Virus record (IMG/VR): IMGVR_UViG_3300030090_005562
Location: 64,001 to 128,000 of that record
Length of the DNA stretch: 64,000 nucleotides
From: a virus
Strand: one strand, 5' to 3'
The position numbers were made by a program, and so were the translations under genes. Below, one piece after another: positions 31,453-40,144 of the stretch. The notes under the pieces were generated by a model that had not been told where the DNA came from, searched no databases, and saw nothing but the letters and a program-made list of their open reading frames with translations. Every line of letters starts with the position of its first letter. Within the stretch, counting starts at the first letter, position 1.

Positions 31453-31680
31453 ATGAATCAGGTATGGACGGAAGCCGAGCGGCAATTTATCAAAGATTCC
31501 GCTGGAACCTTGACAGATGAGGCTGGAGCTGTAGAATTAAGTAAGGTTTGTGGTAGAATCATCACTGTTAATGCTTGGAGAAAGCAGAGACAGAAGATGG
31601 GTATTAAAAAGAACCCTGGTAGAGGGGTTTGTTCCGTAAAGAAAGAAGACCAAATATGCGAAAACTCACATTCGGATTGA
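31453..31680 (+). CDS. Small HTH/Myb-like DNA-binding protein
   Basis: WTEAERQFI...AWRKQRQKMGIKK; divergent from the sigma gene. Confidence 0.55.
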   Translation: MNQVWTEAERQFIKDSAGTLTDEAGAVELSKVCGRIITVNAWRKQRQKMGIKKNPGRGVCSVKKEDQICENSHSD

Positions 31681-32183
31681 TTATATTCTGTGTAGTATGC
31701 ACTGCTAGTGGACAAAGCTGGCAGGACGAGGAACATGTATGGAATGAGGAGAAAGGTAAGTGGGAAGTGATAAATAAGGCTGGTGCGACAGTGACAAACG
31801 TTGAGCCTAGTTCTCATACAGCCATAAAAAACAGGCCTTTTGAGGGAGAACCTTGGGAAAAATACCTATCTAAGAACGTCAAATATGGTAGAAGGGCTCC
31901 TAGCGAATGGGAGCTTAACGAGGCTAAAAGGAAGTATTCAGCAAATGAAGCTCTTAAGGAAAGGGGACGGAAAAAAGCAGAAGAGCGAAAGCAAATTATA
32001 GCATATAGAAGGGCTACGGGTTGGTATGACGAAAGAAGAAACGCGGGCCTTTATCAGGGAACTGGAGCATACAGAATGTTTGTCGGATATAATCAATATC
32101 GCGCGCCTAACAGGTATCACCAATCAAGCTGTGTAGCACATAGAACCTCATTTTATGACACATCGGTACGTTCTTGGAAATAG
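31656..32183 (+). CDS. Secreted hypothetical protein
   Basis: Signal-peptide-like MRKLTFGLIIFCVVCTASG. Confidence 0.55.
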   Translation: MRKLTFGLIIFCVVCTASGQSWQDEEHVWNEEKGKWEVINKAGATVTNVEPSSHTAIKNRPFEGEPWEKYLSKNVKYGRRAPSEWELNEAKRKYSANEALKERGRKKAEERKQIIAYRRATGWYDERRNAGLYQGTGAYRMFVGYNQYRAPNRYHQSSCVAHRTSFYDTSVRSWK

Positions 32184-32201
32184 TAGTGTTAAAATTGTTT
32201 T

Positions 32202-32210
32202 TGGTGTATA
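32202..32210 (+). promoter_or_regulatory. Late promoter motif TGGTGTATA
   Basis: Ends about 10 bp before the ATG at 32220. Confidence 0.6.
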
Positions 32211-32219
32211 AATAGTATT

Positions 32220-33494
32220 ATGCCACTACCAAAAAGAGAAAAGGGCGAAGAAGCCCAAAAATTCATGGGTCGATGCATGACATCTGAAGTCATGGGTAAA
32301 GAATATCCCGACCAAAAACAAAGAGTTGCCATATGTATGCAACAATCTAGAGCTGCAGCCAATAAGTCTAATCTGTCTGAAATGGTGCAAGAAGAACTTG
32401 TGTATGCAGGATATTTGCATGAAGAAGACTGTGATTGCGGAGAAGTAGAAGAGCTTACAGAAGCTAACTTTATCGTACCAGACGAAGAAGATTATGAAGA
32501 CTTTGGAGAGGAGACAGAAGAAGTTGACGCTGCAAGTCTATGGGACAACATTCGTAAAAAGAAAGAGCGCGAGGGAAAGAATTATAAACCCGCGCGACCT
32601 GGAGACAAAGACCGTCCTCAAAAGGATGCTTGGGATAGAGCTAAGGGCGATTCTATGAAAGAGTATGTGTTTAAGTCCAAAGAAGCGGCTGAAAAGAAAG
32701 CCGAAGAAATCGGTCTAAAGGGCGCTCATGAACATAAGATAGGTGACGGTTCTACCGTGTGGATGCCTGGAAGTCAGATGAAAGACTTTCAAGAATGGTA
32801 TGATAAAAATAAAGAATCTTCTCAGGCATTGCAGTATGGAAAGCCAAAAAAGAACGACCCAAGAAAAACACCAGCCAAGCCGTCTGAGAGAAAAAAGGGC
32901 TCAAAGAAGAATAAGCCAAAGAGCGCATCAAAGCCTAATAAATCTATCAAGTTTAGTAAAAAAACCACCGATAGATTAAGTAAGATGGTAACAGAACATA
33001 ATAAAAAGGGAAAGGGCTCTCGAGCTGGTTTAGGCGCACTAAAGGCCGTCTACAGAAGGGGCGCAGGAGCATTTTCAACTAGCCATGCTCCTAAGATGAG
33101 TAGAGATGGATGGGCTATGGCTAGAGTCAGGGCCTTTCTTTATCTTTTAAGAAATGGCCGTCCCTCTAACCCCAACTACAAGCAAGACAATGATTTGTTG
33201 CCAAGCGGGCATCCAAGAAGTTCAAAGGCTGAATTTGAAGGGGCTGATGCGGCTAAGTATCAGGGAAGAACTGTAACATTGAATAAGCCCTTTCTAACTC
33301 CTGGTGGGCCTAAAAAGCGTTCTGTCTATGTAAAGAACGAAAAAGGGAATGTGGTCAAAGTCAACTTTGGCGACCCTAACATGCGTATTAAGAAGAGCAA
33401 TCCTGAGAGAAGAAGAAATTTCCGCTCAAGGCATAATTGCGACAATCCTGGTCCAAAATGGAAGGCGCGATACTGGTCGTGTAAGGCTTGGTAA
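32220..33494 (+). CDS. Modular basic protein (DUF5824-like and DUF6321-like modules), possibly packaged in the head
   Basis: LKAVYRRGAGAF..H....WAMARV module and KYQGRTVTLNKP...VNFGDPNM...FRSRHNC...ARYWSC module, recognised from memory. Confidence 0.6.
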   Translation: MPLPKREKGEEAQKFMGRCMTSEVMGKEYPDQKQRVAICMQQSRAAANKSNLSEMVQEELVYAGYLHEEDCDCGEVEELTEANFIVPDEEDYEDFGEETEEVDAASLWDNIRKKKEREGKNYKPARPGDKDRPQKDAWDRAKGDSMKEYVFKSKEAAEKKAEEIGLKGAHEHKIGDGSTVWMPGSQMKDFQEWYDKNKESSQALQYGKPKKNDPRKTPAKPSERKKGSKKNKPKSASKPNKSIKFSKKTTDRLSKMVTEHNKKGKGSRAGLGALKAVYRRGAGAFSTSHAPKMSRDGWAMARVRAFLYLLRNGRPSNPNYKQDNDLLPSGHPRSSKAEFEGADAAKYQGRTVTLNKPFLTPGGPKKRSVYVKNEKGNVVKVNFGDPNMRIKKSNPERRRNFRSRHNCDNPGPKWKARYWSCKAW

Positions 33495-33721
33495 TGAAAA
33501 AGGCTTTCCTTGCAATTCTAATACTTCTTATTTTCAGTAATGTGGCGTTTGGCAGAAGCACTAGGTTTACTAAAGAGCGAAAAGCTCAGGTGCAACAAAG
33601 AAGAGATAGAATAATGCAGAACGGCAACATAGATAATGTTTATCCCAGGCAATTTAATGTAGAGTGGTTTATTGCGAATAATAAAGCATACATGGGCATA
33701 TTTTTTAATCGGAGTAGATAA
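33494..33721 (+). CDS. Small secreted hypothetical protein
   Basis: Signal peptide MKKAFLAILILLIFSNVAFG. Confidence 0.5.
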   Translation: MKKAFLAILILLIFSNVAFGRSTRFTKERKAQVQQRRDRIMQNGNIDNVYPRQFNVEWFIANNKAYMGIFFNRSR

Positions 33722-34173
33722 TGGGCACAACAATCGTCCCTGCAACGTTAACGGTTACAGTTACCGAAGAAATTACATTAAACAATAATAACTACAACTC
33801 TACGATAGCAAAAGAAGTTGTAAGTATAGGCAATTTCTCTAGAAGAATATTTACGATAACAGCAAGCAGCACGCATACATTGGCCGAGTTTGCAAGTAGC
33901 GTGACTAATGATAAGTTTGACCTAGAGGATACTAAATACATTAGAATTACTAATTTAGACGACGCTTCCGATTTAACCTTAACGCTTGGCGGAGCATCGG
34001 TTGCGGCGGGAATAAAAATACCGGCGGGTGGAAGTCATGTTTTGTTCGGAACAGATGTAAATGGGGCAGCCGCTGGCTCTGCGTTAACATCAACGGCTAG
34101 CTTAGTTAATTTGTTTCTACATAATGCAACCGGAACTGCGGTAGACGCAGAGATGGTTATAGCTACACTTTAG
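33721..34173 (+). CDS. Thr/Ala-rich hypothetical (probably virion) protein
   Basis: TLTVTVTEEITLN...KYIRITNLDD motif. Confidence 0.6.
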   Translation: MGTTIVPATLTVTVTEEITLNNNNYNSTIAKEVVSIGNFSRRIFTITASSTHTLAEFASSVTNDKFDLEDTKYIRITNLDDASDLTLTLGGASVAAGIKIPAGGSHVLFGTDVNGAAAGSALTSTASLVNLFLHNATGTAVDAEMVIATL

Positions 34174-34204
34174 GATTATTTGAGAGGGACATTGGAAAAT
34201 AATA

Positions 34205-34540
34205 ATGTCTCCTGAAGAAATTTCGGCAAAGTATCATAACTTAAAATATGCCGTACTGAGTATTTGCGACTGTATAGAGTCTTGTTCGGTAAAAAAGGTT
34301 GTAGAAGAAAAATATCTTCCTATGTTAGACGATTATAGCAATAGGTTGACTGAAATTAAAAAAGAGCTTGGCAAGCATATGTCGCAAGAAGATAAGCAAA
34401 AGGGCCGATGGGCTAAAAAGGTAAAATGCCTGTCTGTCGAAGCTATTCTAGACGAAACTTTATCAGACGAATTAAAGGAAAGGATTACGCTAGAGCTTGA
34501 GGAACTAGCAAAGCGAATTGAAGGACATGAAGGCTCTTAA
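34205..34540 (+). CDS. Hypothetical protein
   Basis: 111-aa ORF in the operon. Confidence 0.55.
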   Translation: MSPEEISAKYHNLKYAVLSICDCIESCSVKKVVEEKYLPMLDDYSNRLTEIKKELGKHMSQEDKQKGRWAKKVKCLSVEAILDETLSDELKERITLELEELAKRIEGHEGS

Positions 34541-34790
34541 AGTTTGTTGGGCGATATTAGTCGCTGTACATATGTCAATCATAATAGGGAATGCGCTAGC
34601 ATTTCTCTTCTTGCCGTTTCTGGCTCCTTGGTATATAGCTCTTCCTTGTTGTACTATGATTGGTAGGGTGTTGTGTACTACAGTGAAATGCCCTTTGACT
34701 GTTTTGGAAAATAAAATTAGGAAAAAATTAGGCTGGCCTACGATACATAGGTTCGTTGGGCACTATATAATTAGATGGATAAAAAAATAA
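34527..34790 (+). CDS. Membrane protein, DUF2784-like
   Basis: Two hydrophobic segments plus CPLTVLEN..R...G....FVGHYI. Confidence 0.6.
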   Translation: MKALKVCWAILVAVHMSIIIGNALAFLFLPFLAPWYIALPCCTMIGRVLCTTVKCPLTVLENKIRKKLGWPTIHRFVGHYIIRWIKK

Positions 34791-35419
34791 TTATAGCGAG
34801 ATACAATGAAGATGTACATTGGGCAAAGTATATTAATTTTGCTGATGTAATTATATACAATAAGGGAGAAGACGATATTCCTGGTGCAATAAGACTCCCT
34901 AATGTTGGGCGCGAGTCTGGCACATATCTTAGGTTTATCATAGATAACTATGACAATATAAGTTCTTCAACGCTTTATTTTTTCCTTCAAGCAAACCCTT
35001 TTGAACATGGACTTGATTTGGAAAAAATTGAGAACACATACACGCCATGTGAGTTGGGTAAAGTGAAGTGGTTGGAGTCTACAAGCGGAGTATCTAACAA
35101 ATATTTCCCGGCAGGATTGCCTGTAAAAGAATTTTGTGAAATGATTTTTGTTGAAAGCCCTTTTGAATCAGACACGCATAATATATGTGGTGGGGCTTTG
35201 TTTTGTTGTTATGGATTAAATATAAAAAAGAGATGCAAGCAGTTCTATGAATTCCTTAGCATTTATGCTCAAAGCCTAAATCCGTTAGAAGGGCATATAA
35301 TGGAAAGAATATGGAAATATATAATGTTTACTGATGTAAAAGACAAAATAACTGAATACTCAAAAAAAAGAAAAGTGTTTGCCAGAAATGCAAGCTGGAA
35401 TGGAATGAAAATTGATTGA
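34775..35419 (+). CDS. DUF3431-like putative glycosyltransferase
   Basis: IIARYNED..W, IYNKG, LPNVGRESGTYL..I..NYD, FFLQANPFEH, HIMERIW. Confidence 0.75.
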   Translation: MDKKIIIARYNEDVHWAKYINFADVIIYNKGEDDIPGAIRLPNVGRESGTYLRFIIDNYDNISSSTLYFFLQANPFEHGLDLEKIENTYTPCELGKVKWLESTSGVSNKYFPAGLPVKEFCEMIFVESPFESDTHNICGGALFCCYGLNIKKRCKQFYEFLSIYAQSLNPLEGHIMERIWKYIMFTDVKDKITEYSKKRKVFARNASWNGMKID

Positions 35420-36488
35420 CTATTTAATAGTCGGGGCAGGAATGTTTGGCTCTGTCTTCGCTAGACAAATGACTGACGCTGGATATAAATGCAAGGTCAT
35501 AGATAAAAGAAGCCATATTGGTGGAAATTGTTACACTGAAAATATAAGCGGAATAAATGTACATAAGTATGGGGCTCATATATTCCACACAAATAATAAG
35601 AAGGTGTGGGATTATGCGAATAAATACGCTGAGTTCAATGGATACCGCCATCATCTAAAAACAACGGCCGCAGGTCGTGTATATTCTTTTCCAATAAACA
35701 TGATGACGCTTTCTCAAATGTGGGGCGTTTGCACCCCTGAACAAGCTGAGCATGAGTTGAGGGACAGGAAAATAAAAATAGAGAATCCGGATAATCTTGA
35801 AGAGTGGATTCTGTCTCAGGTTGGAGAAGAAATATACAAGAAGTTTATAAAAGGATATACAACTAAACAGTGGGGAAAGGCTCCAGCAGAACTACCGGCG
35901 TCAATAATACAAAGACTGCCGATAAGGTTGACTTACAACGATGGTTACTTTAGCGACAAGTACCAGGGAATACCCATAGGGGGCTACACGGCGATGTTTA
36001 AGAGGCTTTTAAAGAAAATACCCGTACAGTTAGGCGTCGATTATTTAAAAGACAAAGACGCTCTGGATAAGAAGGCAAAGAAGGTAGTTTACACTGGTGC
36101 GCTGGATGAATTTTTTGATTATGAGTATGGAGAACTTGAATGGAGAAGTCTTAGGTTCTCTGAAGAGGTGCACACAGGAGATTATCAGGGCGTCTCTGTG
36201 ATGAACTATGCAGACGAGAATATTCCGTATACCAGAATAATAGAGCACAAGCATTTTGAGCAGAAAGTGTGTGACAATACTGTGATAACTATGGAGTACC
36301 CACAGGAATGGTCTAGGGGATTGCCTAAGATATATCCGGTTAATGATGATAAGAATACTTCTCTATATAACAAATATAAAAAGGCTGTGGATAAGGATAA
36401 ATATATTCTGGGGGGTAGATTGGCTACCTACAGGTATTATGACATGCATCAAGTAATGGGCTCAGCTCTTAAATGGACATCACAGTAG
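35412..36488 (+). CDS. glf: UDP-galactopyranose mutase
   Basis: IVGAGMFG, HIGGNCY, HKYGAHIFHTN, YQGIPIGGYT, YTRIIEHKHF, GRLATYRYYDMHQV. Confidence 0.96.
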   Translation: MIDYLIVGAGMFGSVFARQMTDAGYKCKVIDKRSHIGGNCYTENISGINVHKYGAHIFHTNNKKVWDYANKYAEFNGYRHHLKTTAAGRVYSFPINMMTLSQMWGVCTPEQAEHELRDRKIKIENPDNLEEWILSQVGEEIYKKFIKGYTTKQWGKAPAELPASIIQRLPIRLTYNDGYFSDKYQGIPIGGYTAMFKRLLKKIPVQLGVDYLKDKDALDKKAKKVVYTGALDEFFDYEYGELEWRSLRFSEEVHTGDYQGVSVMNYADENIPYTRIIEHKHFEQKVCDNTVITMEYPQEWSRGLPKIYPVNDDKNTSLYNKYKKAVDKDKYILGGRLATYRYYDMHQVMGSALKWTSQ

Positions 36489-37321
36489 TAATAACCGCAT
36501 TAGACGAACCGTATGTAAATAAAACTATTGAAGGAATAATAGAAAGCGACAACGGGAGTCTAAAAGAGATAATCGTAATAGACGATGTAAGCAAAGAGCC
36601 CATCTCTCATCCAGAGGCTAGGGTTATTCGCAATGAAGGGCAGAAAGGTTTAGTGTGGGGAAGGAATCATGGCGCTAAACTGGCTGATTCTGAAATAATA
36701 ATATCTATAGACCCGCATTGTAAGATTACCAGTAAGAAGAGATGGCTATCTACTATATCTAAAAGGCTGTCTGAGGATTACAACTGTGTGGCGATTCCTA
36801 GAACTTATTGTCTGGACCCGATTGCGTGGCAGGAGATAAAAATAACCCCTGGTTCTAAAACTAAGTGGGATTGGAAATTGGATTTTAACTGGGCTAATAC
36901 TCCAGGCCCGTACATGCCAGCTTTTGCCGGTCATTGTTTTGCTTTTACCAAGTCTTGGTGGGAGGAGTGTGGTGGATTTGATACGGGCATGAAGATATGG
37001 GGAGGAGAGAATATAGAGTTTTCTTTAAGGACATGGTTGTTTGGAGGAACAGTTGAGCTGGTTGATTGTTTTGTAGCTCACTGGTTTAAGGACAGATTTC
37101 AGTATCACATGCCTAACAACATTCTTCTGGAGAATAAATCAAGGATAGCAGAGAGTTGGTTTGATGAGTATACTCAAAAATTTTATGGCGCTGTTAGTAT
37201 GCCCAGAGGCTCTATAAACTTTGGCGACATAAGGGATGTACTAAGGATAAAGTCGAGAAAACAAAAAAAATCTTTTAAATGGTTTCTCGAGAAGTTTAAG
37301 CCGGAGCTACAGCTCTACTGA
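36473..37321 (+). CDS. GT-A glycosyltransferase resembling the polypeptide N-acetylgalactosaminyltransferase (GT27) catalytic domain
   Basis: DxH (IDPHC), GGFDTGMKIWGGENIEFSLRTWLFGG, NKSRIAESWFDEY, FGDI, KSFKWFLE. Confidence 0.8.
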   Translation: MDITVVITALDEPYVNKTIEGIIESDNGSLKEIIVIDDVSKEPISHPEARVIRNEGQKGLVWGRNHGAKLADSEIIISIDPHCKITSKKRWLSTISKRLSEDYNCVAIPRTYCLDPIAWQEIKITPGSKTKWDWKLDFNWANTPGPYMPAFAGHCFAFTKSWWEECGGFDTGMKIWGGENIEFSLRTWLFGGTVELVDCFVAHWFKDRFQYHMPNNILLENKSRIAESWFDEYTQKFYGAVSMPRGSINFGDIRDVLRIKSRKQKKSFKWFLEKFKPELQLY

Positions 37322-37511
37322 TAAAAGTTGTCCTTTCGTTTTTTAGGGACGCTTGCTTTTTTTGTACCACCCGGCGTTTTACAACAATAACAATACATAC
37401 GTTAATTTTTATAAAAACCCCCCTTTGTAATCACAAGCAACTAAAAGCAGCATTGTGATAATACAGTCCCGTTTTACTCTCCGCCAGTTAAGCCCTAGAC
37501 CGCAAATTCTC

Positions 37512-37590
37512 GTATCTCTTGTGACCACAACGACTTAGCACTCTGCGGCGTGCCCGCTTCGACGTAACTCTTTACGCAATAAGCACTTAC
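37512..37590. repeat. 79-bp tripartite palindromic element, copy 1
   Basis: Box A 37512-37538, core GCGGCGTGCCCGC, box B 37564-37590. Confidence 0.9.
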
Positions 37591-37618
37591 AACTATTCTG
37601 CTTTTTTTTCTTTTTTTC

Positions 37619-37658
37619 TCAAGAATGCTCTTGACTTTTGCCGATAATATATTATAAT
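37619..37658 (+). promoter_or_regulatory. Composite sigma70 / sigma28-like promoter
   Basis: TCAAG(37619)-N16-GCCGATAA(37640) interleaved with TTGACT(37631)-N16-TATAAT(37653). Confidence 0.75.
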
Positions 37659-37703
37659 GGGGGCATGACAAACAACAATAATACTACTAAGGAAAACAAT
37701 AAC

Positions 37704-37937
37704 ATGTTTCAAGTAATTCAAACCATCGCTCGCTTTGGCCGTTTCAATCAAGAAGTTATCGGTAGCTTCGATACAATGAAAGAGGCGGCGGACTTCGCCA
37801 AGCGTTGCCACAATGGTAATCCTACTACGTGCATCAAGGATACTGAAAGCAATAAGGTATTCACCGCCCATAGGGATACCAATGGCACTTCGTTGGTATG
37901 GCAAACCGGTCCGATTTTCGCTGACCAAATACTTTAA
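37704..37937 (+). CDS. Small early protein, HNGNPTT family (paralogue of 38946..39167)
   Basis: Shares V.QT..R.G.F...VI......AA...A.R.HNGNPTT.I. Confidence 0.65.
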   Translation: MFQVIQTIARFGRFNQEVIGSFDTMKEAADFAKRCHNGNPTTCIKDTESNKVFTAHRDTNGTSLVWQTGPIFADQIL

Positions 37938-37954
37938 AAAATTATCAGAATTAT

Positions 37955-37995
37955 TCAAGAATGCCCTTGACAAATGACGATAATTATATTATAAT
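37955..37995 (+). promoter_or_regulatory. Composite sigma70 / sigma28-like promoter
   Basis: TCAAG-N16-GACGATAA with TTGACA(37967)-N17-TATAAT(37990). Confidence 0.75.
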
Positions 37996-38215
37996 GGCAA
38001 ACATGACAAACAACAATCAACAACGTTTTGAGAGGTTTAATACTATGAAAGAAATTATCTGCCAAATTTTGATGCCGCTGTGGGCGGTAGCCGTTGCACT
38101 CATTCCGATGGTTGCAATGTTCATCCTCTAGGGGATAGCATTAGGGCATCGACCCGCAAGCCTAGCCCAAGATGCTAGCATAGGTTGCCCCGCCTATTCA
38201 AGAAGGGGGCTTGAT

Positions 38216-38294
38216 ACAAAACCTTATGCTGTAAGCACTTAGGGTGGCTCGGCCTGCCCGCCGTGACGTAACTCTATACTACATAACGGCTTAC
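38216..38294. repeat. 79-bp element, copy 2
   Basis: Box A 38216-38242, core TCGGCCTGCCCGC, box B 38268-38294. Confidence 0.88.
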
Positions 38295-38548
38295 AACTAT
38301 TATGACTTTTTTTTTCTTTTTTGGTGAAATAGGGCTTGTATTTCCCAAACCATTCGATTAAAATATAGTATAAGAAAAAGGGAAAAACATTAAAGAAACA
38401 AGCAACAAAATGACGATAATAATAATAGAGAAAACAAACACGTGTGCCCCGCACACCTGTAGCCTTCCGGCGAGAAGGACAGAAGCGGGTTAAAGAAGAT
38501 ATGCAAACAACAAACAACAATACTCTAACCAAGAAAGGAGAAACAATC

Positions 38549-38713
38549 ATGGATTTTGATAATGGTATTTTTCGTACCGTTCCCCATGACACCATCGACG
38601 GTGTTGTGTGGTTGGTCCGCGTGGCTGATGGTGAGAGAATCACCTTCTGCCGGACTCAAGCTGACGTAGATTCCTGCGTCGCTGAGTTGATGCGACAAAG
38701 GCTTAGCCTTTGA
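38549..38713 (+). CDS. Small early protein, MDxDNGIF family (paralogue of 40572..40739)
   Basis: AAGGAG RBS; MDFDNGIFRTVPHDTIDGVVWLVRVADGERITFCR. Confidence 0.7.
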   Translation: MDFDNGIFRTVPHDTIDGVVWLVRVADGERITFCRTQADVDSCVAELMRQRLSL

Positions 38714-38945
38714 GCATCGGCGGGAAACGGGGCTTGACACATTGATTTTTGTTTGGTAGAATGAGAGAGTTATGATTGACATTGATAAAGCGATTACAGA
38801 ACACACCGAAAAATTCGACGCGATGATGGAAAAGCATCGTGCATTAATGGCGAAGCAAGATAGAGAAATTGCTGAGTTGCGGAATCAGCTTAATGGGTTG
38901 ATTGGCGTATTGGCTGATTGTAAATTAGAAATGAGGGATTGAGTT

Positions 38946-39167
38946 ATGAGTGAATTTTTACCCTACGAAGTTCGGCAGACGGTTGTAAGAGACGGGCAAT
39001 TTTGCACCGCCGTGATTGATGAGGCTTCGACTCTGAACGCCGCAAAGCTAATTGCGTATCGTTCACACAATGGGAATCCTACAACGCATATTCATTGTGC
39101 GTTATCTGGGGATACTTGGGGATATAAGAATAAAGATTGGAGATGGATAAGTGGAAAAAAAAGATAA
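38946..39167 (+). CDS. Small early protein, HNGNPTT family
   Basis: Paralogue of 37704..37937. Confidence 0.65.
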   Translation: MSEFLPYEVRQTVVRDGQFCTAVIDEASTLNAAKLIAYRSHNGNPTTHIHCALSGDTWGYKNKDWRWISGKKR

Positions 39168-39306
39168 ATCACACGTATTGGTGAAGAAGGATTGCGGTTG
39201 GCACTTTGGGAAAACTGGAGGGCCTTGCGAGAAGTGTAAAGATAAAGCGACTTCAATGGCTGCACAGCGTAGGCTGAAATGGCTCAAGCGGGACTTCAAC
39301 CCGTAA
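39151..39306 (+). CDS. Small Cys-containing protein (51 aa) whose stop lies inside repeat copy 3
   Basis: Own translation from GTG after GGAGA: ...DCGWHFGKTGGPCEKCKDK...KRDFNP*. Confidence 0.45.
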   Translation: MEKKDKSHVLVKKDCGWHFGKTGGPCEKCKDKATSMAAQRRLKWLKRDFNP

Positions 39307-39381
39307 CCCCTTGCGGCATAAGCACTTACGGGGCGGCGGGCGGCCCGCCTAGCTCTAACTCTATATGCAGTAACGACTTAT
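39303..39381. repeat. 79-bp element, copy 3
   Basis: Box A 39303-39329, core GCGGGCGGCCCGC, box B 39355-39381. Confidence 0.9.
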
Positions 39382-39513
39382 GCTATTTTGTCTTTTTTTT
39401 TGTTTTTTTGCTCAACTGGGCTTGTATTTCCCAAACCATTCGCTTAAAATATAAGTATGAAAAACAGTAAAAAAGATTCAAGAGTTGCTACCCTAAATGC
39501 CGATAATAATAAT

Positions 39514-39987
39514 ATGAAAGCTTTCGTTTTTGATTTTGATGACACTCTTGCGACAACCGATTGCTTGGTTGAAGTTATCTTCAATGGTTCCGTTGTTCGT
39601 GAACTCACCCCTGCTGAATTCAATACTTTTGAACTAGCAGAAGGTGAAAGCTTTGGATTCAATCAATTCAAGGATATTATCAATCCGGTAGCTTTACCCT
39701 TGACGCAATTGGCTCTTGATGTACAATCTGAGAATCACAACGTTTTCATTCTGTCCGCTCGTCCGGTAGAAGCAACCGAAGCAATCAACGGTTTTCTAAA
39801 ATCAATCGGTATTCAAGCCAAGCGTATCATTTGCGTAGGTGGAAAGCCGGTTGACATTGCAAAAGCAAAGCGAACCGTTTTAATGTCCATCATTGAGAAT
39901 CACGAAGTGGTTTGGTTTTTTGATGATGATGATAAAAATATTCAACAGGCTAATAGTATTTCTGATTTAAATGTGAGGAAAGTGTAA
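39514..39987 (+). CDS. HAD-superfamily phosphatase-like protein
   Basis: FVFDFDDTL, ILSARP, a conserved K, and FFDDDDKNI match HAD motifs I-IV. Confidence 0.8.
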   Translation: MKAFVFDFDDTLATTDCLVEVIFNGSVVRELTPAEFNTFELAEGESFGFNQFKDIINPVALPLTQLALDVQSENHNVFILSARPVEATEAINGFLKSIGIQAKRIICVGGKPVDIAKAKRTVLMSIIENHEVVWFFDDDDKNIQQANSISDLNVRKV

Positions 39988-40065
39988 AATGGGTTTTACT
40001 GATTTGTGTTTCGCTTGTGTTTTCGGCGTTTTGTCCGCTTGGTTGTGGGTAGCCATAGTAACGCT

Positions 40066-40144
40066 CTAAACCCTTATGGGGTAACGAGTTACATCGCTGC
40101 GGCCTGCCGGGTACTTTGTAACTCCTTATGTAGTAACGACTTAC
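40066..40144. repeat. 79-bp element, copy 4
   Basis: Box A 40066-40092, core GCGGCCTGCCGGG, box B 40118-40144. Confidence 0.88.

Noticed and set aside
39279-39470. ORFs spanning the 79-bp elements (also 38239..38643, 41541..41741, 44851..45159)
   Set aside because: They cross repeats, T-tracts and promoters and read as low-complexity artefacts.
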